Part shown: piece after piece, positions 37,444 to 50,080 of the stretch
How the letters are laid out: each line of letters begins with the position of its first letter
Numbering within the stretch: position 1 is the stretch's first letter
DNA from: Paraglomus brasilianum
Taxonomy: Eukaryota
NCBI GenBank assembly: GCA_910592345.1
Contig: CAJVPI010000070.1
Coordinates: 1-61,492, forward strand
Length of the DNA stretch: 61,492 nucleotides
Reading direction: 5' to 3'
Translations under genes and position numbers: made by a program
The notes under the pieces: model-generated
What the model was told of the DNA's origin: nothing
Database searches by the model: none
Seen by the model: only the letters and a program-made list of their open reading frames with translations

Positions 37444-38219
37444 TTGCGATAATAGTTGGCATGTTGCAAGTCGAAAAATTCTGGAAAATACAAACTAGCA
37501 TTACCGATAGTGAATCTCGATCTATTCCATTTCCGTGCGTTACTGAGACGGAGAGTTGGTGCAATTCTTTTCTTTTCCGAATCAATTAATCATTTTTCTC
37601 TAGTGGAAGCCAAATAATTGTTTCTAATAGACCTGTGGTTAATAGTGGATATATTTGAATTTAGCTTGGAATATTCGCCAATCGATTCATGTACTCAATA
37701 TAATGTGATGTAAACATTTCCTCCATTGAAGAGTTCATAAAGAATAAATATGGGAATGGAAGAGTCGAACGGTGAGAAGCGGGCGTAATAAGATAATCAA
37801 ATTTTGGAAGACCTTTTTGTTTGTTTGTTTGGCCAGCGGATTGCAACCTTATTTTCGCATACACTTTTCTTCCATCGATGTGCAACTTTTAACATAAAGA
37901 CTTCTACCAGATTGCTTAATTTTCGTTTAGACCGATTATTCAAATTTTGTATAGATGCGATGCCCGAAATCGATTTAACAGTAAAGTTGCTGGAAGAAAC
38001 GCTTTGCTGACGATTATCGATCTTCCAAGTGCCAGGTATTGCTGTTACAAGGAGGAGCACAAAACATGTTCGTATATTGCAAAAGGTTTTTTAATTGTGG
38101 TCGGCAGAAATTACATTCATTAAATTAAGATAGTACTATGTTAAATCGATAGCAAAAGGCCATATAAAAGTACAGTAAATTAAGTATAAAAATTTTCTAA
38201 AAATTCCATAACCCCATTA

Positions 38220-41200
38220 TTATAACCAAAACTCATTATTGACATTATCTGTGCTTCCCTCTCCATTTTGCTCTTCCCACATTACTTTACGGCTATTAAC
38301 GTCAGTTGCCGGGAACGCCCTTTTAACGCGAAAATGCGGACCGTTAGTCAGCTTTTTTAAAGACCTCTCTCTGTGAATAGTCCTATCTTCAGTTGAGGTA
38401 TCTTCTTCCTCTTCATCATCATAATCATCGTCCTCGCCGTCGCTATCATTGTCATCGATGTCATTTCCGCCAATGGCATACACAAAATTACGTTTACGGG
38501 GGGCAGAATAATCGCGAAAGTCTGCACCTTTGTGAAGGGGCGTGAACCTGACGAATGCGCTGCTTAACGCGTCGCTGACATGTTGAGAGAGTAAAGAGAA
38601 CCGACGGTTCGAAGTTTGATATGAAGCAAAAGATTCGCGGCGCGTTGGTGGTGACTGTGGTAACTGGGTTTCTACCTGATGATTGGCAGTTGATTCTTGA
38701 TCGTTCTTGGTTACTACAAACGGGATGTTAATATCTTTGACCGCTCTCTTGATGAGGACGTTGTATACGTGCTACAGAAATGCAAGGGGGCATAAGTAAT
38801 GATGACAAAGAAAACAATGGGAGGAAATTAAGCTGTAAAACGCTTACTTCTTTTTCGACTCGGAAGAAATTCCATTGGAAGCGGCTTTTTCGTTATTGAG
38901 TTTTTGATAAAAGTGTTAATTAATTAGTACGTAAAATGACTGATATCGTATTCGAGCTTTTTAAATTCAAACTTAAAAAATACATACCGCAACACTTCCA
39001 TAAAAGCAAAACTCATTGTTATTATTCCATTGTGTTTTCGGTCAACCATCCATACAAATCTCATTAAAGTGTTGGAGCAAACTGCAAAGTAGTAGACCCA
39101 ACGGTGTTTGAATTCCAATTCTTCTCGCAGTCCGTAATTTGGCACATACCAAACTCGTAGGAAAGCCCAATCCATAGCCAAGTCCCAGAAATTTGCAAGG
39201 AGAGTATTAAATAGATGCACCAGGTACCAAAAGACAAGTGCGTCTATAATAAGGTAAACACGAAGAATGCAAGTTGGAAAACTGTTAAAAATGCGTTCTA
39301 TCCAAGACAGATTGAATGTGCGTACCATCTCCTCACCTTGCGTGTTCGCATATAGTATCCAATATGGTATCACAATAGTAATATATTTCAACGCATTTAA
39401 CAAATGAGGGTGCGCCCTTTGGGTTTTAACCCATCTTTGCAAGCATTGAACAAACCGCAGCAACGCGGGTATGGTCGCCATAAAGACCGCCCAGGGGTTT
39501 CTGTTCGAAGAGCATTTACCTAACCAAAGGAATCACCCGCCGTTAATTTGGAAAGATTAGTGACGCTCGCATACAAGAAAATAAGAATATATATAAAGCT
39601 ATCACTGTACCTTCACTGATTTGTTCCCAATCGTTGCTAAGTGCACAAATGAGAGTTGCAACGTATGAAAACGTAAATTGAAGACTAACCAGTTCATCTG
39701 CGACAAAGAAATCACGAAATTCGACGCCATAGACAAATGGCAAACATACGCGGAGCTAAGAATAAAAGTGTCAAGGTTAATAACAATAACATCGATTGCT
39801 AGAAATAGTACAAATATAATCATTGGTGACGTTTTCATTTCATTTACCATAGTCACTATAAACCATCGCCTAACGTTGTAGTATAGTATAGGAAATGGGC
39901 AGAAGAATATTAACCCAATGATGCTAAGAAAGCCCACGAGGAAGTATAAAGGTGGAACAAACGGAAAAAAGTTTGCGAACGACAAGTAGAAGCAGATAGC
40001 GAGCAAAAGAAAAATGGCTGATGGAAACTGCGTGAAAAGTAACAAATCAATAATAATATAATTAGTTCCGAACGATAGACGTTGAATTATGCGGTAACAA
40101 TACAAGCAAGTTGTAGACTTACTTCCAAATATTCTCTATGATCCATATTGTCTCTAGTATCAAAATCAAAAATAAGCCTATAATTAATCTTTGCTTTCGC
40201 CCAGGCAATCATATTGACTCCCACCAATAACCCAAGTACTATTGGCGCAACAACCGCAGCATATATTTGAAGTATCAGGTCATAGTTGCAAAAATTATAA
40301 AATGTCTGCTGCTCAGCCGGGCTTAGTGACGCGTCGGGATTGATCTGACAGGATTCTGCGATACTGTTTTTATCGACAAATGCTATTATATCCATAACTG
40401 AAATCAACGAATTAGCATATTATCGTAGATTAGCGTAAACGTTTGTAAGAATGTGTTATTAAAAAGCAAGTACCTGAGCGGATTCCTACAAGTATCAAGT
40501 TAATTGCCATTCCGAGATATATTCCCACACGCCATGTAACGAAATAGTGTGACTATACAATGACAGGCAGGTTAACTTGGAATATTGTTATCGTCGAACA
40601 ATGTGTGTTTGTGGCTACTTACTTTTGCCTTATCTGGCATTCGTAGTCTCTTTATAGCATGTTTTCTAACACCATCTGAAAAGCTAGACACATAAAAAAT
40701 CTGAAGGCGCAAAAATACACATTAACATGCGCAAATTTTAAGGATAACTAGTTTGATAGGACAATAACGTGGACGATTACCTCGGTTTGTTTGAGTATGC
40801 GGTCGAGTGTTTTGAGATTGCTGAAATTTGTCGCATCTACTTTGCGCATATAGATGTTACTTGCTTTCCAACTTGTATTCTAAATGTATGTCAATATGTG
40901 ATAACAAGTAAAGATGCAACACCGTTTGGGTAAATCAAATTTTACCTTGTCATATTTTTTAAGTATTTTTTCGAATCCTAACCTATTCAGTTGCTGTTGA
41001 TCGAATAAAGCAATGTATTATTAAATTACAACTATTAAAAAAAAAAGAAGCTTTTCTCGCAAGCCATTTCCCCCGAACATAAATACTCACAGCATATTTC
41101 TTAAGCATTTGTATGCTTCGGTAGAATTCCATCACTCCCATCTTGATTCGTTTCTTCGCTATGCCATAACTCATCGGTACTGGTTTTTTTTGACCGTCAG

Positions 41201-42257
41201 CAGTGATAACTTGAACTGTGCGAGCTTGTTCCATGCCGGATTGTTGACCGTGGGGAGGAGGATAATAATCATAATTATCAAGGTTTAGATGCTTTAGAAT
41301 GTTCATCGGCTTGAATGTGTCCGGTTTCTTGCCCTTTAAAATGTAGATAACAATAACGCTGATGTTAAATCAGGTAGCGTTCATATGTATTTTATGAGCA
41401 TAAATTGGCGAAACAAACGAATTAATTTTTCTAATCAGATTTGTCTCTGTAAATTTGGTGCCGCGCATTCATTATGCTCAAAATTCGGCACACCGTGTAG
41501 TACGCTGCTAAATATAGAATACTGCATATGCTATCACGTGGAGTATCAACTTACGGTTAATTTGCCTTTCTTACGTTCTTGCTTTAATAGTCTGTGTGCT
41601 TTTTTTAACTCTTTCAGTTTTTCACTAGCATAATCTTCGCGACCTATAAAAATATAATAATACAAATGTGGGTATGTGCAATATTTGTTTCTCGTACAGC
41701 ACACAGAACTGTTGATCAAAATATAGACATTTACTTCCGTAAAATTCCCATATCTTCTGTAATTCTTTATCCAATTGCGAGAAAAACTTTTGCTCACTTT
41801 CATTCAACATTGGTATTAGCTCTTCCATTGTCATATCATCCTGTATAGAACTCTGACCTAGTGAAATATACCATCTCTTGTTAATTGTAATCCGCAATCT
41901 TAAAAACAGTTAAAGCAGTTCTCTGGGTCTCTTACAAAATGATGGGGCATTAGACCTGATATCCGTTTTGCTAGACCGCCTTGACAGTTTAGCAAAGAAA
42001 GGTCCTGCCACGTCACTCATACTCTTCAAGCTGAACCTTCTTCCATGCGTTAGTCTATCGCGTATCGTTGCATTTAGATCAATATCTGGACCAAGCGAGG
42101 TAGGGAATTCAGGTTCGGCATCCTTATGATATTCTTTATCAGCGAATTTGTATGATTGAATTACTTCTTTTATAATGCGTTTAAGTTCATTATAGTCGAT
42201 GTACATCTTCTTCCACTCGGGAACTGCTTCCTGAGCGAGTACTTTTGCGAACTTCAT
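38220..42257 (-). CDS. SYG1: SPX-EXS domain protein (SYG1/XPR1/PHO1 family phosphate exporter), multi-exon
   Basis: N-terminal MKFAKVL...VPEWKKMYIDYNELK (SPX); FFSQLDKELQKIWEFY; INYRLIFDFD; VEFRDFFVADELVSL; PHLLNALKY; WDLAMDW; EVLR/RFQWNFFRVEKEH. Confidence 0.92.
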
Positions 42258-43002
42258 AGTTCTAATTGCACAAACGATAGAAGATGACCGAGTGTCGCTA
42301 CGAGTTGGGTGACCAAATATTTATTTAATGGGAATAGTGGAAGGGAGAATTGTTGAATTGAAGATTTATAAGCTCATCATGTAGTATATAAGTGTAAGTA
42401 ATTTGGGTGGCATACTGACAGGGGATGTCAAATATTTGTCCTATGGTGAAATAATTGCCGATTGCATCGACACCATATATGAACAAGAATACATGATTTC
42501 ATGTGCTATCAGATCTACAAACCAAAGATTGGCATCTTAAAATTCCACTCGCAAAAGAAGAGAAGTGTCACATGCCTGTGATGAGTGGAGGATTGGTGAC
42601 ATGAGAGGCACTCAAGTGAAAGCTACTGTTTCAAACCTACCCCGCCTCCGATAAGATGTAACGACTGTTTTTGGCTTCATATTAATATAGGCAAAATAAA
42701 GTTATGTTCCATACTCCCCGATCCGATCGGTGAACGAGTCAAATTCGAATGTTTGACGAGCGAATAATATTTTATTTGTAGATCGTACTTTTTAAAATTA
42801 AAAATGTATATTAATATCATTCGGTGCGTCCTTGATCATCAATAAAGACCTGCTACAAAGATTAGCTGTAATAGGCCAGCCACACGCTCTTCAACGATAA
42901 CAAATTGATTGTGTTTTGTATGAATGCAATAGCAATATTCCCGTAACTCATAAAAAAATCCGAAAATTATGAACGCTTGCTCCACTTGTCGACCTATGCC
43001 AT

Positions 43003-45949
43003 TTATTTCGTGCTATTTCTTTGACTTTTAATGCTATCCCGAGCTCTCTCGATTTCAATGTTCAGGGCATATACCCATTCTTCGCATTCCGCCCGATTCT
43101 TCGCTCTAAAGATCCATCTTTTACCAAAAGAATCCAATTTGGCTTTCTTTTTCAACGAGACAGACGAACGCCCTTTTCCAAAATAATATCTCTTTGTATT
43201 TTTCCAGATGATAAATGTGCAGTCATCTTCTTCATCAATGGAAAATGTTTGATCACTGTAGATACATGGCAGCTCAGAGCTACTATCAAGATCATTATCT
43301 ATACTCCCAGAGTATGCATAACAATCATGTAACCTTATGATTCCTCTACGCTTATGGCGAGTGCAGGGAATAGCACGCCCTGATGTATTTCGACTATAAA
43401 GGTCGTAATACAAAAGATTATTCCAGGCAAGTATGAAATGGAATTTTTCAAAGGTATATCGAGAGTGAGACCGACAATAGAGGACACCCGATTTCTGTGC
43501 AAGTTTTGTAGATATTAATAGTGAAACGGGAGAAACATACCATAAGAAGCGTTTCATTTTTACTTACTGTTATGTCCCGACAACCATTCGGGACACACAT
43601 GTTCCAAACATATGGGTTAGCAAAAGCGTGAATGTGCGCTACTTTATCATGGACATCCTCAGTCCAAAATCTACTATCATCTCCATCTCCATAACGTATG
43701 GACTGATTATTGGCCTTAGCAGTAAATATTCGGTCTTTCGTATCAGCCGCTCTCCGAGCTTGCCAATATTTCACAAGATCACAGAGACGTGATACCCACT
43801 CTTTGGTTGTATCTGATGAATGAGCCTAGCAGACAGAAAACGATTAATCGACATATTCAGACCAATGAATACAATTAAATTTTATAATTACCTCCAAAAT
43901 AACGGCTAATCCATTCTTTAGCACCAACTGCATTATTTTTGAATTTATGTCAGATGACGGTTGTTCCTCTATTGGATTGGACAAATTACTACGGACACCT
44001 TGTGATAACTCAACATCTGCTACTTCTGTTAAATCAATGAAACCTAACGAATATTTGATGTGATGGATGCGTCTCTCACGATCACTTCTTTCATCCGATT
44101 GGCATCGAGGTTCGGTGGTTGCATTCATTATAGTGGTGACTGGAGAAGGCGGTTCCTTGACAAATTTTTGTTTTGTGTAGAAAAGAAAATTATCGTGACC
44201 AGTAAAATATAACCTTCTACCACGTTTATTCTTTCCTTTGCCATTTGTTAAGACCGTCAAAAAACCTTCAACCGCTGCTGGTTCCTGAGATAACAATGTT
44301 GAATGAAATGTTAAATGTGCGGCCAATTGCGATAAAAAATTAACCGTATCTTACATTCATTTTACTTCCATCTTTCAGCATTACGTCAATAGGATAATGC
44401 GCAATGTGTCGCAACTGTAGGTTATGTGTCTGATGCAATTCATTGGTCAATTTTTTAATAAAGAAAAATATTAAGTTTTGAATACAGATCAAATCCAAGC
44501 CAATTAACACACCTCTTCAATATATTGAGGACCAACTATAAAGCCCTTGCTATTTGTATCGCTTGAATTATTTGAACGAATCCACTCCAATCGATCGTAT
44601 TTCTTCCAGCACAAGGCAACCTGATCACTTCTAAGCCATTCATCCAAAATCTCACCCCACTCTTGAACAACTCGTAACTGCTGCAATGCAGTGTTCTTAA
44701 CCTTTTCTGCAGTCATTTCATACGCATCATCGTATTCATCCACAGGAATTCGCACATGTACATCCAGATCAGGAACAAAAACGTCGCACATAAGTGGCAA
44801 TGGTTTTACACAACGTCGTTTGAAAAGACGGTGAAGTTCACGATACCATTCAAAATTATTCGTGTAGGTCCCACTACGAAGAAGAAAGATTTCATCGTCG
44901 TGCTGGCTGAGTCTTCTTAAGGCTATCGTATAATCTAAAGAGGAATACAATGACAAGCGCACGTCCTCCGAGAAATTAAATTCTTCTATTACAATACCCT
45001 TTAAACAGACAACCATTGGTCATTTTAATATCATTCTCATGTGAATAAGTCACAAACCGATACTTACTTGACCTATGCATATATTCAATTTTTCACGATA
45101 GAGAACCACCTTATATTCTTTCCATCCCATTGAGAATCTTGCAGTGCATCTCTTCGATCCCTCTTCGATCAATCCTTTACGAACGTGCTCAACCCTAACT
45201 AGCATACGACCCTTCTTTAATACTGTGTTTGATGTTACTGAACTAGAACCATGTACAACTGGTTCAGAGGAAATATCAGTTGGACGATGCTCAGCAAGTG
45301 GGAAGTTGGTGGTTGAGGCAATAGGAGCAGTTGGCAATGACGGGGAGACAACACGATCTCTAAAATGATTGGCATAAGTAAATTTCCAAGATCAACATCA
45401 TCGAAAATCGCTGGTTGTAAGCTTGAATACCTTTCTTGTAAAGTGCCAGTGTCAGGTAGAGATAAAGGAAAACCCAAATCATCATTAGGTGAGGTTTGTT
45501 TCCAATGAGGTGGCGTGATTGGAAATGATTGAATGTCTTCATTGGGAGTGGTAAATGTTTCAGAATTACTCTGATATTGTGTAAGGGAGTCGGTGATTGG
45601 TTTAAAATCACTAACAAGATGTTCGTTATAACCATACCATACGAGTGAGATAAATATCAATCTTGTAATGCTTTATTAGGTTTACAGTTCTACTATATTC
45701 AATGTAATCGTGAATGGAATACCTCGACGATCGTCGTTCAGCGAATTCAAAGACGTCAAGATTAGACGTATCAGCCACCTCACAATCTGCTCTGTAGCTT
45801 AACCGTTTTGAAAAGTGATTATGCCGCCATCGCCCAAGAGGCAGCCTAGTTTTCTTGACATTTTCCCAATTAGCCGAGGTTGGTCCGATAAACATTCTAC
45901 ATGCTGTAGGACGAATTGATGCCGGCACTGGTAGAGATTCATTAGGCAT
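43003..45949 (-). CDS. SPO71: SPO71/Mug56-like multi-PH-domain sporulation protein, multi-exon
   Basis: N-terminal RMFIGP..W; KKGRMLVRVE; SLYSSLDYTIAL; ALCWKKYDRLEW; EPAAVEGFL; C-terminal PH WIFRAKNRAECEEWVYALNIEIER. Confidence 0.75.
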
Positions 45950-47014
45950 CTTGAGTAATTATGTATGCAAGGTAAGGAAGGACTATGATCGGAACCGGTG
46001 CAAACCAACTGGGATTTCGGTTGAAGCTCAATAATAATAATAATGATGCATTTATGACATAAAGCGAGACAATTAGTATTAGTATGTTACCTGCATTTTC
46101 ACACGCACTTTATATCTAGATCATGTGACTACCATTAACTTTATCTGTCTTACTTAACCCCTTAATAAACAAAAGTCGATGTTCTGCTATTGGAAGAAGT
46201 GATGCTATAGAGTATAATTTATATGGTATCGATAGAAGCGGCTGAGATCGGGTTCTTCAAAGACGCGTCGAGTTTTACATGCAGGAACGGCAAGTATCTA
46301 TTGCTTGCGAGAGGCAGATGATATAACCGTAGATAGCGGATGCTGCAGCGTCAGGCCAAACGGGAAGAATGGCTCAAACTACTAGTTCATTGGTGAATAG
46401 TTTAACAAGATGCAAGCGAGAGCTGTATTTGGATAATAGGAAGTATAAGCGAGCTTTCCTTCAAGAAATAGCTACAATGCGGGATGTATTTAGTATACGA
46501 GAATGTATTCATAAATTAAGCCTGCGTTCACATAACCTCATTTAGTAAGTTTGTTATTGATGCTAGTGGATGGTAGAGTTTCATTGTTTTAATATCGGTT
46601 TAGATATTGTTGTATACTTTTGGTAGGATCCTTTTATTTCGGTAGAGGTCAGTAAATTTTTACCTGCATTTAAATAACAAATAATAATTATACGTAGTTA
46701 GTCATCCCACAAAGAGTCGATTATTATTATTGTCGGCTAAGTTGATCAGTACTAAATATTTATTGTAATTATTACTATTACATTATATCATTATCATTAT
46801 TGCGGCTCTTTGGTTTTCAAACGCATTGTTATTATTATTTGTTAATTATCAGTTATTATTATAGTTATTGCTGTAAACTCGGATGATGTGTTAATTCACA
46901 TGACCTATCAAAAACATTGTAGGTCTTCACGTGGCCGTTTGTTGCGTTTGTTGTCAACTGAAGACAGGTTATGGATTACGTGAAGCCTTCTTGTCAAACT
47001 GACCGGCAACCAAT

Positions 47015-50000
47015 ATGACGGTCAACCTCATCACAACTATTGAGTTATATGGGGAAATTGTCAAGCGCTTCCCCTTCCGTCTCGACATTGTTGCATGGCT
47101 GGTTGCAGCCCTACGCGATAGTAGACTTTGGGGAGCATCCCGTGACGAAGAAGTTCTGGTTCTTTCTGATTACGTTGGAGCTTATATATACAATCTGGCT
47201 GCTGGAATAGTGCCGTGTAAAAATTGGAGACACTTATTTGAGCTTCATCTTGCTTCTGGTAATATTTATGCTGCGAGAGGAGATGCAACTGCTGCATACA
47301 GAGAATATAACAGGGCTTTTCGAGCTGCGTTTGGTGGTGATGTCACTGAACTCGTAGCAGTAATCAACAGGGGAAATATGGGTGCAGTCAAGATACTATG
47401 CGCACCGTCCGAGTTGTATCAATATAGTGTCGTGCTTTACGAAGCAATAGACGGACAGTTATTTGGAGAAGCTGTAAACAGCGAGAGTCTCCTGCTAGTC
47501 GATAGCTTGCTTGCTAGTTTTTTGGGCTTGCTTGTGAAGCATTGGACTATTCTTAAAGATGAGGTGGAAAAGACTGGCGATGGAGTAAACAGGGCTTTCT
47601 TACCTTACCTCGTATATACACGCTTAGTGTTACTTTATGAACAAGGCTTGCCAGCATACGATCCAGTGGTCATTCGAGAAATTGCTTTGCATTTGGCCCG
47701 TGTGCTAGCGGACACATACGGCGGACAAGAAGAGCCGATAGTCTTTGGAGATAGGCAGATTCGAATCATGAATGGTGTGCAAGTCGGCATCGAGTATATC
47801 CGATGGCTTTGCAAGTTTGTTGATAATGAAGACTCGGCCGTAACAACAGGAAAATTCTTGCGAAATATGAGTGTAGGCGACGCAAAAATATATTTTGAAG
47901 AGCTACACGCTCTTATTCCGACCAATAAAGTTATTGAACAAGAGCTGGCAAACACATATTCTGCGTTGGCTGCATTCAAGTCCGAAAACGACGAGTTTCA
48001 TGAAGCTGTTCAGTTATGTGAAGCTTCAATAAGAATGTGCCCCGACTTGCCATGCTTTCTTCTTCAGTTCTATAACATCAAGTATACACACTGTGACTGG
48101 AACAATCTTGGCGGAAATGGCGCCCAGTACTTTGTAGATGAGAATGGTCGCCTCAAATCTTCTGGTAGCTGTTATGAGGGTCTAGTCGAAAGAGTCGTTT
48201 CTGAATTCGAGAAGTCTATAGCCAACGGACAGAATTACGGTAAAGGCATTCTCAAAGCAGTCGGTGGTCCAAAAAAGTTTGTCGAAGACGTTACAAAGTG
48301 TCTGCATCCCGAAGATCCGCTTCGAATCGAATTAAAAAATAAGGCAGATCATTGGGAAAAGATAAAAAAAATACCGCTGGCAAACGAAGGTGGATGGGTT
48401 ATTCGAGTAACCGAAAAAGTTACTCGTGCATTGCAAAGAAAGTGGTATTACGACAGTTACGGTCGACAGTACAATGACATTTTCGGCAGAGTAAAAAGAA
48501 TTCGAACTGGTACCGAAGAAGAGAAATATAAACGACCCACTCTTCCACCCATGCTTGAACGACCAGAGCCTACTCCCTTGGATCCGTTTACGGCGTTTAA
48601 TGTTCCAATGACGGCCAGACAAGTGCGTTTATGTGCACATCGATACGCTCTTGCGATATCGTATGATGCATTAAAAGCAGAATGCATACCGAAAACAGTA
48701 ATACCACCACCCCCTCCCCCAGCACCACGATTGAAAATTGGTTACGTTAGCTCGGATTTGCACGGAAGACATCCGATGGCTCATTTAGTATCAAACATGT
48801 TTGGAATGCACGAACGATTGCAATTTGAAGTGTTTGTGTACGCAACATGTCCTAATGATGGATCGAGATTTAGGAATAACATTGAAACTCAACTAGAAGC
48901 TGGGCACGTAAAGGATGTTATGTCACTTCCAATGGAGGAACTTGTTCAAGTTATTCACAAAGACGGTATACATATTCTGGTCAATCTCAATGGGCATACA
49001 GCTGGAGATCGAAATCATCTGTTTTCTGCTCGAGTGGCTCCTATCCAGATACAACATATGGGCTTCTGTGGTAGTTGTGGAGGAGACTGGATCGACTATT
49101 TCATATCGGATAACCACATAACGCCAGCAAATGCCATTGCATCGAACTTTAAGAGTGTAAACTCTAGACCTGGTGACATTCTTGACTCGCCTGATCCGGA
49201 AGAAGCTGACAACGACTGGTGTATATATGAAAAAGTAATCTTAATGCCAAATACTTATTTTGCTACTGATTATAGACAATCGTTCAACGATACGGAAGAA
49301 ATACCACAAAAAGTTCGCGAGGATCCTGAGCAGTTATGGTTGTACGAGCAAGATAGAAGATGGGATTTGCGGAAGAAGTTATTTCCTAATATAGCCGACG
49401 ACAGTATAATTCTTGCGACATTTAATCAATTGTACAAACTAGACCCCTGTACATTCAGAATCTGGTGCAATATCTTGCAAAGGTCAGAGAACGCTTACTT
49501 ATGGGTACTCGAGTACCCACGAGCAGGGGCACTGAAATTAATAGAATATGCTAGAATATGGTGTAGTGAATCTGTTGCCAAGAGGATTCTTACCACCGAG
49601 AAAGCACCGAAAGACGAACACGTATACCGCACTAGGATTGCAGATTTGTTGCTTGATATGCCAAAGGTCAATGCTCACACAACTGCTGCAGATACACTTT
49701 GGTCGGGTACTCCTATTCTTACTTGTTCAGGCGAAGTTCAAAAGACTGCTTCACGGGTAGCACATAGTATTGCTAGTGCAACTGGTGTGAAAGGGATGAC
49801 AGTGACGAACATGAAAGAATATGAAGAACGCGCCGTTCAACTCGTCAGATCTGTCAAGTACAAATATAGAGAATATTCCACCAAGGATATCCCTAAGAGA
49901 TGGCATCGAGTTGGAGAGGGTGAATTGATAGAAATGAGAAAGAAACTTTTCTTGGGTAGAGAAAAAAGTGCATTATTTGATACTCCTAGATACGTTAAGG

Positions 50001-50080
50001 ATATGGAGAAAGGGTTTCTCATTGCTTGGCGCCAGTGGATTAGCGGGCAAGAGAAAAACATTATTATAAAGAAAGATTGA
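47015..50080 (+). CDS. Protein O-GlcNAc transferase-like glycosyltransferase (GT41), single 1021-aa ORF
   Basis: RLKIGYVSSD..RHPMAHL, DGIHILVNLNGHT, RVAPIQ..MGF, FNQLYKLDP, NAHTTAADTLWSGTP, SRVAHSI, LFDTPRYVKDME; degenerate TPR-like helices in the N-terminal third. Confidence 0.93.
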   Translation: MTVNLITTIELYGEIVKRFPFRLDIVAWLVAALRDSRLWGASRDEEVLVLSDYVGAYIYNLAAGIVPCKNWRHLFELHLASGNIYAARGDATAAYREYNRAFRAAFGGDVTELVAVINRGNMGAVKILCAPSELYQYSVVLYEAIDGQLFGEAVNSESLLLVDSLLASFLGLLVKHWTILKDEVEKTGDGVNRAFLPYLVYTRLVLLYEQGLPAYDPVVIREIALHLARVLADTYGGQEEPIVFGDRQIRIMNGVQVGIEYIRWLCKFVDNEDSAVTTGKFLRNMSVGDAKIYFEELHALIPTNKVIEQELANTYSALAAFKSENDEFHEAVQLCEASIRMCPDLPCFLLQFYNIKYTHCDWNNLGGNGAQYFVDENGRLKSSGSCYEGLVERVVSEFEKSIANGQNYGKGILKAVGGPKKFVEDVTKCLHPEDPLRIELKNKADHWEKIKKIPLANEGGWVIRVTEKVTRALQRKWYYDSYGRQYNDIFGRVKRIRTGTEEEKYKRPTLPPMLERPEPTPLDPFTAFNVPMTARQVRLCAHRYALAISYDALKAECIPKTVIPPPPPPAPRLKIGYVSSDLHGRHPMAHLVSNMFGMHERLQFEVFVYATCPNDGSRFRNNIETQLEAGHVKDVMSLPMEELVQVIHKDGIHILVNLNGHTAGDRNHLFSARVAPIQIQHMGFCGSCGGDWIDYFISDNHITPANAIASNFKSVNSRPGDILDSPDPEEADNDWCIYEKVILMPNTYFATDYRQSFNDTEEIPQKVREDPEQLWLYEQDRRWDLRKKLFPNIADDSIILATFNQLYKLDPCTFRIWCNILQRSENAYLWVLEYPRAGALKLIEYARIWCSESVAKRILTTEKAPKDEHVYRTRIADLLLDMPKVNAHTTAADTLWSGTPILTCSGEVQKTASRVAHSIASATGVKGMTVTNMKEYEERAVQLVRSVKYKYREYSTKDIPKRWHRVGEGELIEMRKKLFLGREKSALFDTPRYVKDMEKGFLIAWRQWISGQEKNIIIKKD

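Noticed and set aside
46220..46545. Possible upstream exon or small gene before the OGT
   Set aside because: Coding-like composition but interrupted by stops, with no TPR-like content or clear splice path to 47015.
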